Assembly (NCBI RefSeq): GCF_000253055.1
Contig: NC_016070.1
Location: 1,110,001 to 1,142,000, forward strand
Source of the DNA: Thermoproteus tenax Kra 1
GTDB taxonomy: Archaea > Thermoproteota > Thermoprotei > Thermoproteales > Thermoproteaceae
Direction: 5' to 3'
DNA: 32,000 nt
Positions 1-7,249 of this stretch are shown in pieces. The translations under genes and the position numbers were made by a program. How positions within the stretch are numbered: the stretch's first letter is position 1; each line of letters begins with the position of its first letter. The notes under the pieces are model-generated. The model saw only the letters and a list, made by a program, of their open reading frames with translations, searched no databases and was not told the origin of the DNA.

Positions 1-928
1 TGGTCTCCACGTTGTTGACGACGGTGGGCTTTCCATAGAGCCCCCTCTCCGTGGGGTACGGAGGCCTCACCCTCGGCTCCCCCCTCCTCCCCTCCAGCGC
101 CTCCAACAGCGCTGTCTCCTCGCCTACTACGTAGGAGCCGCCCACGGACACGACGCTAATTGGCGGGGCCGCCGCGCCCCTCGAGGCGAGGAAGGCCCTC
201 AGCTCCTCCAGCGCTGCCTCCAACACTGCCCTCGCCGCCTCGTAGTCCTCCCTCACTGCGATGATGGCCTCGTCGACGTCCAACACCAGCGACGCTATGA
301 GCGTCCCCTCCAAAAGCTTGTGTGGGTTCGACTCTACGAGCTCTCTGTCCTTGAAGGTGCCGGGCTCCCCCTCGTGGAAGTTCACCACGAGGTACTTGGG
401 CCTGTCGGGGTTGGACAACAAAGAGCGCCACTTGGCCGCCGTGGGGAACCCGGCGCCCCCCAGCCCCCTCAAGTTCGCCCTGTCGAGGAGCGAGAGCACG
501 AAGGATCTGTCCCGCTCCTCCAAGAGCCTCAGAGCGGCCGAATAGCCCCCCTCTTTGACGTAGGCGTCGAGCCTTTTGTAGGCCCTCAGAGCCTCCTCCT
601 TCCCCGGTATCTCCTGTAGAGAGCCGCGGTATGTATAGAGCCTTCCTCCGATCTTAACTACGGGCCCCTTGTCGCAATAGCCCAGGCAGTAGGCCGTCGA
701 GAACTTTACGCCGCGTCTCTCGAGCTCCTCGGCCGCCCGCCTCGCTCCCTTCAGAACGCAAGGGAGGCCCATACAGACTTGGTTCTCCTCTCGCCCTAGA
801 TAGAACGTGGCGATCCCCTTCAGAGCTGAGACGGGCACATTGTACCTCCGGGCCGTCTCTCTGAGGCCGGAGGACCGCCCCTCGAGCACCTCTCGGGCCG
901 CCTGCCTGAGCCTCGAGTTGTAGTCCAC
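1..928 (-). CDS. NuoE/NuoF-like fusion flavoprotein (NADH-binding 51-kDa subunit family), N-terminal part; C-terminus runs off the window
   Basis: Absent from the ORF track because it has no stop inside the window. Reverse-strand translation from GTG at 928 (in-frame TGA just upstream near 955) gives VCMGLPC...CLGYCDKGP, a NuoE-type C-x4-C / C-x3-C 2Fe-2S pattern. It continues with LRGLGGAGFPTAAKW, GEPGTFKDRELVE and GGSYVVGEETALLEALEG, the FMN/NADH-site motifs of the NuoF family. Start codon is uncertain. Confidence 0.75.
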   Translation of the reverse strand, partial: MDYNSRLRQAAREVLEGRSSGLRETARRYNVPVSALKGIATFYLGREENQVCMGLPCVLKGARRAAEELERRGVKFSTAYCLGYCDKGPVVKIGGRLYTYRGSLQEIPGKEEALRAYKRLDAYVKEGGYSAALRLLEERDRSFVLSLLDRANLRGLGGAGFPTAAKWRSLLSNPDRPKYLVVNFHEGEPGTFKDRELVESNPHKLLEGTLIASLVLDVDEAIIAVREDYEAARAVLEAALEELRAFLASRGAAAPPISVVSVGGSYVVGEETALLEALEGRRGEPRVRPPYPTERGLYGKPTVVNNVET

Positions 929-1408
929 GGACTCTTGGAGGAGCGGAATAAAACGTTTTCATCGTTGTCGATGGGCGACAGATGCCGAGAAGTTTGAGAT
1001 CGACTGCGAGTTCGTCTCTCGTCTGCGTCCGACTTGGGGCCATCGCGACGTTCTCCTAGTGCTGGCGCAGAGCTTCACCGCTTCCGACGCCGCCGAAGGA
1101 AACCCAGCAGAGGACAACGCTGACACTGCTTGAGGGCCGCGGCCAGAGCCGTCTCCCGCTTCTCCGGAGTTTAAGGCCAGATGGAGCGCGTAAGTGCGCT
1201 GAGATGATCGTCGGAGATCGCAACGCATAGCCTTGGGCGCCTAGATCGACGCCTATGTAATACGTCATATCACGCCTTGATGAATTGTTTTTAGCTATAA
1301 TCACTATAGATATTGTGATCAAAAATTTATGTAATTTTACACTTTACTCGGGGCTTGCATCGCCGCAATGCGCTAAAAGCAGCTCGGAAGACGGTACCAT
1401 GTGGAGCA

Positions 1409-2815
1409 TCATTTGGGGAAAAATAAAGTGACTAGTAGGAGCGCAATGAGTATCACCACGATGCGCGCGATGCCGAAGGAGATGAATAGGTTCCACACCT
1501 TGTACTGTTTCATTAACGAGAAGCGTGTGTTCAGCCCTATCGCTATGAAAGTCAGCCCGAACAACAAGACTCTAAATGGATCTGTGCCTTGCAACACTAC
1601 CACTGGAACTACGGCCTTTGTGGCTGCGTCGATCGGATTCGGCTGAGCGGCGAAGGCTGAGCCGGCCAAAGCCGCAATGAGCGCAGAGACTGCCAGACTG
1701 GTGAAGAAGTAGCCTAGGACAAACTTTGGAAATCTAAACCAGAGCTCCATAGGCGAGGGCCTCCTCCGCGCCGACTGAGCGCCCCCCGAGCGCCTCGGCT
1801 CTACGAAGAAGGCCCATATCAACGCGAGGACGAAGGCCACTACGCCGATCCAGATGTCTATCAACATCTTGGTCATTACTCCTATAGTCAACGGGGCATC
1901 TAGCCCCACCCCCCTGGCCACTATCTCCGCCGATGCGGCCGCGGCTCCGTCCGTCTTGACCGAGAGCCCCATCCATGCTCCGGCGGCAGCCGGCGACAGT
2001 ACGCCGGCCTTAACCATGCCGATGGCTATCCAAGGCAATATTACAAGCTCAACTGCGGCGAATATTAACACAGCGGCCGAGACCATGGCCGGATATATCG
2101 CAGGCGCATTTATCGCGCCGGCGGCTGCTATGGCCGCGGCCACGCCGCAGATGCTGGTGCCTGCTGTGGCCACCACGCTTAAATCGGTATTTCTAGTGAA
2201 GAGTTTAAATAGGGGGAAGGTGAGGAACATAAACGCGGGGAAGCCTATCAGCACCATCAGAAGGACAGTGCCGCCGTATCTGATCCAGTCTGTGAAGAGT
2301 ATCTTAGCGCCGAGCAGAACCAGAGCAGTCTTGATAAACCACTCGCCCCTCGCTGAGTTCAAGAGCCACTGAGGCACCTTGGGCATATTGCCTATAATGA
2401 GGCTGATGAGGAGGGCGAGCGTGAAGGTGAACTCTGTGGTCACTGCGTTGGCTATGGGCTTATACCCAATGATTATGGCGCTGATCCACCACAGCCAGTA
2501 TATCACAGTGAACCCTTTAACCCACTCAGAGGGCCTCACGCCGATCAACTTCGCAGGGCCCATGAGCAACAACATGAGCGCGATCCAAGCGACAACCAGG
2601 TTCACCCAAGGCGAGCCCAAAACCAACTTTGGATTTGGCACAGCGACAGGCGACGAAATATCGGTCCATGCCTTCCATGTGGGCACCCAGCCCAAGATAT
2701 CTCTGAAGGAGAAGAAGCCGACAAGCGAGTAGAAGAACAGCGCAAGTCCTAACCAGAGCGCCCACCAGTCCTCTTTTTTATAGAGAGGTCTCCAATCGAT
2801 CTTCTGCGAGGACAT
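1409..2815 (-). CDS. Multi-pass membrane protein, YeiH/UPF0324 (putative sulfate exporter) family-like
   Basis: The 468-aa ORF is hydrophobic throughout with more than 10 predicted TM segments. GTSICGVAAAIAAAGAI resembles the conserved G-x-SICG-x-SAI motif of UPF0324/YeiH proteins. An AT-rich promoter region lies immediately upstream (2816-3030). Family call is from motif memory only. Confidence 0.6.
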   Translation of the reverse strand: MSSQKIDWRPLYKKEDWWALWLGLALFFYSLVGFFSFRDILGWVPTWKAWTDISSPVAVPNPKLVLGSPWVNLVVAWIALMLLLMGPAKLIGVRPSEWVKGFTVIYWLWWISAIIIGYKPIANAVTTEFTFTLALLISLIIGNMPKVPQWLLNSARGEWFIKTALVLLGAKILFTDWIRYGGTVLLMVLIGFPAFMFLTFPLFKLFTRNTDLSVVATAGTSICGVAAAIAAAGAINAPAIYPAMVSAAVLIFAAVELVILPWIAIGMVKAGVLSPAAAGAWMGLSVKTDGAAAASAEIVARGVGLDAPLTIGVMTKMLIDIWIGVVAFVLALIWAFFVEPRRSGGAQSARRRPSPMELWFRFPKFVLGYFFTSLAVSALIAALAGSAFAAQPNPIDAATKAVVPVVVLQGTDPFRVLLFGLTFIAIGLNTRFSLMKQYKVWNLFISFGIARIVVILIALLLVTLFFPK

Positions 2816-3078
2816 AGAGAGCTGTTCTATATCTTTTTAAAACTTTTATTACTATTTCTTGAGTAATAATTTTTCAAATATAATTATTTATTTAAGAATA
2901 AAATAATTATTTTAACAAAAAATTATAAAAATCTGATTACAGATTATTTTTAATAAGAATTATTAAATTTTATTTATTTTTAAGCTAATTTTATGTGTTA
3001 ATCTTAAAAAATAACTAGATTTTAATAATCATTGATAACAGTTAGTAAGAGAATCTCGTTCTATTTGAGCCGTCGGCC

Positions 3079-3888
3079 CTACGCCGACCCAGCCGCCTTG
3101 TTTCCCTCCGCCGCCTTCCTTCCGCCGCAATCCAGAGGGGTCGCCCTCACGGCCCCCAACCCCATGGTCCGGCCCGTGCCGACGTTCAGAGCCTCCATGA
3201 GCTTGATCACTGTCCAGAGGTCCCTCAAGCGCCTCCTCCCGAAGGATCTGTAGAGGGCCCAGCCCACGAAGCCTCTGGCCAGCCCTCCGCCGGGCAGCTC
3301 CACCGTCACTACGCACCTCCTCCGGCAGCCGAAGTCCGTCAGTGCCACGTAGGTGTGCACCCACTTCAAGAAGGGCGTTCCCAACTTCGTCAAACCCAGC
3401 TGCCTCCCGTGTCTCACAGCCGACTTGAAGAGGGACAGAGGACGCGGCAGAAAGTCGAAGAGCGCCCTCCTCCTCCTGTAGATGGGAGGAACGGCGAATC
3501 TGAGCGGGGTCAAGAACTCGAGTTTGAAGCACTGCGCCTCCGGCATCTGGAAGAAGGCGCTTTTGACCTCGACGGCCTCCACCGAGAGCCTCCTCCCGAA
3601 GAGCTCCAAGCTCCTCCCCACAGACTCGGCGAACTTCCTAGCCATGTCCTCGTCGGCGAACCCCGCCCTTATTTCGAGCAGGTCCCCCGGCGCCACCGCC
3701 GCCGCCGACAGCACGGGCCTCCCGTTGTGGAGAAGGGGCCAGACCGAAAACGGCTTCGTCCTCGCGTCGTGTAGGTCGGGCCTCTCAAGGGCCTTGATCA
3801 CGAGGGACTCGACCACAGTCCCAGTGAACCCCACTATTATGACGAGCTCTTGGGCCACGGCGGATATTCTGACTATCTCGACGTCCAC
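3079..3888 (-). CDS. cas6: Cas6-like CRISPR RNA endoribonuclease (RAMP), stand-alone
   Basis: 269 aa with a GTG start. It has HDARTKPFSVWPLL near the N-terminus, FKLEFLTPLRF in the second ferredoxin-like half, and a C-terminal glycine-rich loop ALNVGTGRTMGLGAV. That loop parallels the Cas6 G-x-G-x5-G-x-G loop (as I recall it, P. furiosus Cas6 has GYEVGFGEKNSLGFGMV). Length is typical of Cas6. Confidence 0.7.
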   Translation of the reverse strand: MDVEIVRISAVAQELVIIVGFTGTVVESLVIKALERPDLHDARTKPFSVWPLLHNGRPVLSAAAVAPGDLLEIRAGFADEDMARKFAESVGRSLELFGRRLSVEAVEVKSAFFQMPEAQCFKLEFLTPLRFAVPPIYRRRRALFDFLPRPLSLFKSAVRHGRQLGLTKLGTPFLKWVHTYVALTDFGCRRRCVVTVELPGGGLARGFVGWALYRSFGRRRLRDLWTVIKLMEALNVGTGRTMGLGAVRATPLDCGGRKAAEGNKAAGSA

Positions 3889-3902
3889 GTCTCAAACGAC
3901 CG

Positions 3903-3913
3903 GTTAATAAAAA
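3903..3913. promoter_or_regulatory. Shared A/T box (TTAATAAAAAA) in the 25-bp divergent spacer between cas6 and the beta-helix gene
   Basis: This is the only A/T-rich element between the divergent starts at 3888 and 3914. It lies about 15-25 nt upstream of the cas6 GTG. It is too close to ATG 3914, which argues that the beta-helix gene may start at ATG 3956 instead. Confidence 0.3.
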
Positions 3914-4609
3914 ATGGCGATACAACGTTTTTTAGATAGAATTAATTTTTGTTTTATGGTCAAATGGCTCATCATAGGCCTCACGGCGTTGTTCGCGATA
4001 CCTGGCCTGTTGTTGCTCTGGCTCATACTCGCCCAGGGAGGGTCGGGAGGCCTCTACTATATATTTAGCGCGCCTTACGTCGTGCGGAGCCCCGGCTACT
4101 ACAACGTGATGGCCGATCTGTGGGTCAACGGCACTGCGATAGTGGTTGAGGCAAGCAACGTGGTCATCAACGGCTGGGGGCACAAGATCAGAGGGACCGG
4201 CTACGGGATATACATAGCGCCCGGCGTCTCCAACGTGACTGTGGCCGACTTAGCCCTCGAGGGCTTCAGATACGGAGTGCGCGGAGAGGGCGTCAATTAC
4301 GTCGCGCTCTACCGCGTGAATGCCTCGGGCGGCGGCGTCGGCATCTCTCTGTCGGGCAATTACATCTCCCTAGTCTCAGTCAGCGCCGACCACAACTCGG
4401 GCGACGGAATAGACTGCGCCGGCAACTACATATATGTCGCCTCCTCGAACGCCGACTACAACGGAGGCTACGGCGCGTTCATCTCGGGCAACTATATCGT
4501 AGTGAAACGCTTCAACGCCACAGGCGATCTCAGACAGGGCCTGCGGATCGAGGGCTCCCACGTAGTAGTCCAGGGAATAAACGGGAGCGCCCTCTCGATA
4601 GGCTGGTGA
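3914..4609 (+). CDS. Secreted or membrane-anchored right-handed parallel beta-helix repeat protein
   Basis: It has an N-terminal signal-anchor (MVKWLIIGLTALFAIPGLLLLWLILA from the alternative start at 3956). Short ~22-aa repeats follow with the G-x-G-I / N-x-V pattern (GYGIYIAPGVSNVTV, GGVGISLSGNYISLVSV, GDGIDCAGNYIYVASS, GYGAFISGNYIVV), typical of PbH1/NosD-like beta-helices. Several N-x-S/T sequons are present. Confidence 0.65.
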   Translation: MAIQRFLDRINFCFMVKWLIIGLTALFAIPGLLLLWLILAQGGSGGLYYIFSAPYVVRSPGYYNVMADLWVNGTAIVVEASNVVINGWGHKIRGTGYGIYIAPGVSNVTVADLALEGFRYGVRGEGVNYVALYRVNASGGGVGISLSGNYISLVSVSADHNSGDGIDCAGNYIYVASSNADYNGGYGAFISGNYIVVKRFNATGDLRQGLRIEGSHVVVQGINGSALSIGW

Positions 4610-4630
4610 GGGGGACGCGCAACCGTTATA

Positions 4631-5137
4631 TTGGGGAGGCGCCGGGCGTATATGTATAAGCTCTGGGCGGCATTGATCCTGTCCGCCTGGGCCGCGTGGG
4701 GCTTCGCCATAGCCAATGTGACCTCGCCGGCCATTTCCGCCGCCGCTTACAACGGGAGCGTCTACCTCTACTACGTCGGAATGGCCAACGCCACGGCGCC
4801 GGGCATTGAGGGGGTCATCGTCGGCCCTCCGCAGCGTCCAGCGCCCCTCCCTCCCTCGCCGGCCTTCACTGCAGGCCCCTATCTGCGCCTTTTGGACAAC
4901 GGCTCGCTGGCCCTCCTCTGGACGTCCATCGAGCTGGGCCCCGTCCCAGCCGCCGTGCTCAAGATGTCGGTGTTGGGCAGAGGCGGCTGGGGTCCCCCGG
5001 CGCTCCTGACCGCTAACGGCACAGTCTTCAACTACGCCTCGGACGGAAGATATATCTACGCGCTCTGGAGCCCCCTCTTCTCGCCCGTGCCCATAAACGC
5101 CACAGTGCTCATGTTCTCCGCAGACGGAGCTCTCCTG
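4631..5137 (+). pseudogene. 5' fragment of a surface-protein gene (signal peptide plus repeated Y-L-Y/W blades) interrupted by IS sequences
   Basis: It has the signal peptide MYKLWAALILSAWAAWGFA and recurring motifs GSVYLYYVG, GSLALLWTS and GRYIYALWS. The reading frame runs on into tnpB-related sequence from about 5138. The tail of the track ORF (to 5290) is read-through, not genuine protein. Confidence 0.55.
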
Positions 5138-5270
5138 CGGCTTTGCGGCGGACAGAGGCGATGTGCCCGCGGCGTGGGCCGAGAGGCGCTACTGGGAACT
5201 CCTCCAGAGGGCAAAACAATAGTTTTTCCCTGCTCCCTTTACTTTTCACGTGCATCTAGCTTTTCTTCCC
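5138..5270 (+). mobile_element. Diverged relic of the 3' end of a second tnpB (OrfB) copy
   Basis: 5141-5222 aligns with 6428-6510, with roughly three of four bases identical by eye and an 8-nt gap. In its own frame it reads GDVPAAWAERRYWELLQRAKQ*, versus RDNVPVIWAEKRYWEILQKAKQ in the intact gene. Weaker similarity continues to about 5270 (TTTTCC, TTTAC/TTTAAC, TTTTCTT blocks). Confidence 0.6.
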
Positions 5271-5286
5271 CGCGCCATATACGCGT

Positions 5287-6552
5287 ATGAGCCAAGTCTA
5301 TAGGGCGTTGAAGATCAGAATTCCATGGTGTCTCGTCGAGGAGCGGCCGGACGTCCTCGACCTCACTGTGCGTATGCATCTGGCCGCGGAGGAGTACGCC
5401 AGAAGACTGTTGAAGGAGCTGACGGGGCAAGAGGAGCCGAAGCTCACGGCAGAGGAGCTGGACCGCCTGCTCACTCCCGAGAGGCGGGAGCTGGCGCGCC
5501 GGATAATAGAAGAGACATTCCCCAAGTACGGCCTCAAGAAGTACTTCATAGACAAAGCAAAATTCTTCTGGCGCGACGTGGCGTTCTACAGGGCGGTTCC
5601 ACTTGACATCCAACTTAGGATTGAAAACGAGAGAGACGTGAGTAGGGCAGTCTTCGTCGACCTAAAGAAGGGCGTTCTCAGAGTGCGTAAGCTCGGCATA
5701 CCCTCTTTCGCCGTTGAGTTGAAGAAGAGCAACGTCACTTGGATAAGGGAGAGACTAGAAGAGGGCGCTAAATTGAAGTTAGCGTTCCTCGGCGTTGAGA
5801 AGAGAGGTGGTGAGAAGGAGCCGACATTCGGCGGCCTATACGTCGCCCTTGTGTTCGCTAGGGAGGTGGCGCAGATAGCGCCTAGGGCGCTCGTCGTTGT
5901 CGACGTAAACCGGTTGGACCACTACATAAAGGTCGGCCTCGTGACCGACGGCCGAGCCGTGGAGCTGCGGAAGTTCCCCAAGAGGGAGCGTATACGGAAG
6001 CTTGAGAGGATCCACGTCCACATCAGCAGACTTAGCAGAGCCCTCGCGCGTGTGAACGAGGACATAGACCCGCGCAGAGCCCTCGACATCCAGAGACAGC
6101 TGTGGAAGCTTGAGACGAAGCGCTACGGCATAATCCGCGAGATAGTGGTGGACGCCGCCCGCGAGATCATAAAGCTGGCAAGGGAGCATAAGGCCGCCAT
6201 AGTCGTCGACACGATGGAGGACGAGAGCTACCGAGAGCTGAAGGAGAGGAGCGGAAACGGCATGAGGAAGCACCTCCTAGACGGTCTCGGACAACTGAGG
6301 AGGAGGTTGAAGGAGTTATCCCAGTGGTATGGGTTGCCGTATCTAGAGGAGCGGTTGTACTCAACTGCCTGTCCCCGTTGTGGCGCTAAGATGACAAAAG
6401 AGGAAGGCCGCTTCGTGCGTTGCCCCACTTGCGGCTTCAGAGCGCACCGCGACAACGTGCCGGTGATATGGGCAGAAAAACGCTACTGGGAAATCCTCCA
6501 GAAGGCAAAACAACCCGCTTTTCCGGCGACCGCCACATTTTTAACTTCGTAA
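5287..6552 (+). CDS. tnpB: TnpB / IS605 OrfB-family RuvC-like RNA-guided endonuclease (transposon accessory protein)
   Basis: 421 aa. RuvC-I-like VVVDVNRLDH, an acidic RuvC-II-like IVVDTMEDES, the zinc ribbon CPRCG-x15-CPTCG, and RuvC-III-like AHRDNVPVIW are all in the order expected for TnpB/OrfB. Confidence 0.85.
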   Translation: MSQVYRALKIRIPWCLVEERPDVLDLTVRMHLAAEEYARRLLKELTGQEEPKLTAEELDRLLTPERRELARRIIEETFPKYGLKKYFIDKAKFFWRDVAFYRAVPLDIQLRIENERDVSRAVFVDLKKGVLRVRKLGIPSFAVELKKSNVTWIRERLEEGAKLKLAFLGVEKRGGEKEPTFGGLYVALVFAREVAQIAPRALVVVDVNRLDHYIKVGLVTDGRAVELRKFPKRERIRKLERIHVHISRLSRALARVNEDIDPRRALDIQRQLWKLETKRYGIIREIVVDAAREIIKLAREHKAAIVVDTMEDESYRELKERSGNGMRKHLLDGLGQLRRRLKELSQWYGLPYLEERLYSTACPRCGAKMTKEEGRFVRCPTCGFRAHRDNVPVIWAEKRYWEILQKAKQPAFPATATFLTS

Positions 6553-6721
6553 GTTTTCTTATTTCATGAACGACGCATGGCCCTTGGGGCGGTTGACGGG
6601 GGCGTGCAGAAGGCGAAAACCGGCCGTTAGACGCCACGTCCCCCGTATGACCCGCCCCCTCGCCCCGGTGTACCCGGGGCGGGCCCTTGAGTCCCCCGGG
6701 GAGGGGCCAAGAGAAAGATAG
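6430..6721 (+). ncRNA. Candidate TnpB guide-RNA (omega/reRNA) scaffold overlapping the tnpB 3' end and the transposon right end
   Basis: In characterised TnpB systems the guide RNA comes from the tnpB 3' end plus the right end. Here an imperfect long hairpin pairs 6587-6606 (GGGGCGGTTGACGGGGGCGTG) with 6635-6658 (CACGTCCCCCGTATGACCCGCCCC). A perfect 8-bp hairpin follows at 6661-6681 (CGCCCCGG-TGTAC-CCGGGGCG), then GGCCC...GGGCC at 6682-6707. Extent and ends are not determinable from sequence. Confidence 0.35.
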
Positions 6722-7249
6722 GGGGACGTGTACGAGCTACTGGACCTCTGGACAGGCTCCGTGGAGCCCCTCGGGAGGTTCGCCTTGGCGGGCGCGGCAG
6801 GTCCCTACCTCTTCGCCTACTCCAACTCCACTCTAACGGTGTGGAACAAAACCGCCGAGCTCCGCCTGCGCGTCCCAGCCCTCGCCGCGGCCTTCGTCGT
6901 CCTAAACGGCGTTCCCCTCGTGGTCGCCGTCAACGGGACGCAGAGCGGCTACGCCTTTATAGTCTACTCCCTCGGCGGAGCTCAGATAATGGAGTGCGCC
7001 TCGGCTGAGCGCCCCCTCTCGTTCGCGGCAGCTCTGCTGGGGGACAGACTCTACCTCTTCTGGGTCGCTGCAAACGGGACTTTGTTGGGCTGTTCGTCGC
7101 GCCTCGCCTTCAGCGCTGCGCCTCCTCCGTCAACGCGGCCGGCCTCCCCCGCGCTGTGGATAATCTCAGCGCTGGCAGTTGTGGCGCTCGGAGCCGCCAT
7201 CGCGGCTCTGAAGTCTAGGCAAAGAGACAGCCGGGGCCTAGCCCGCTAG
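6722..7249 (+). pseudogene. 3' fragment of the interrupted surface-protein gene (blade repeats plus C-terminal TM anchor)
   Basis: It is open from just after the in-frame TAG at 6719. It carries the same motif style as the 5' fragment (GPYLFAYSN, GYAFIVYSL, DRLYLFWVA). It ends in the TM anchor ALWIISALAVVALGAAIAAL followed by the basic tail KSRQRDSR. The track ORF starts at GTG 6728. Confidence 0.55.

Larger units (their letters stand above)
5226..6721 (+). mobile_element. IS200/IS605-family, IS1341-type element carrying tnpB only (no tnpA); boundaries approximate
   Basis: It contains the tnpB ORF plus about 170 nt of hairpin-rich 3' sequence. It lies between two fragments of one host gene. 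GC appears lower than in flanking genes. No Y1 transposase ORF is present. Confidence 0.55.

Noticed and set aside
325-350. tRNA-like T-loop string GGGTTCGACTC
   Set aside because: The flanking bases do not form a T-stem or acceptor stem, and the string lies inside the NuoF-like coding frame.
1056-1322. 88-aa ORF starting MTYYIGVDLGAQG (actin-fold kinase-like N-terminus)
   Set aside because: Only the first ~15 residues look protein-like. The rest is low-complexity R/S/P-rich with no further motifs. It is mentioned as a possible gene relic, not annotated as a CDS.
1854-2732. Plus-strand ORFs 1854-2372 and 2379-2732
   Set aside because: They are antisense to the 468-aa membrane-protein gene and have no independent support.
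2816-3030. Possible CRISPR array or leader next to cas6
   Set aside because: There is no repeat-spacer periodicity and no repeated unit of 24 nt or more. It is only low-complexity A/T sequence.
3029-3907. ORFs 3029-3532(-), 3355-3774(+) and 3482-3907(+) overlapping cas6
   Set aside because: These are other frames or strands of the cas6-like gene. Only the 3079-3888 frame gives Cas6 motifs.
5239-5242. TTAC tetranucleotide as the IS608-like target/left-end junction
   Set aside because: A 4-nt match is expected by chance, and the target specificity of this archaeal element is unknown. It cannot be supported without other copies.
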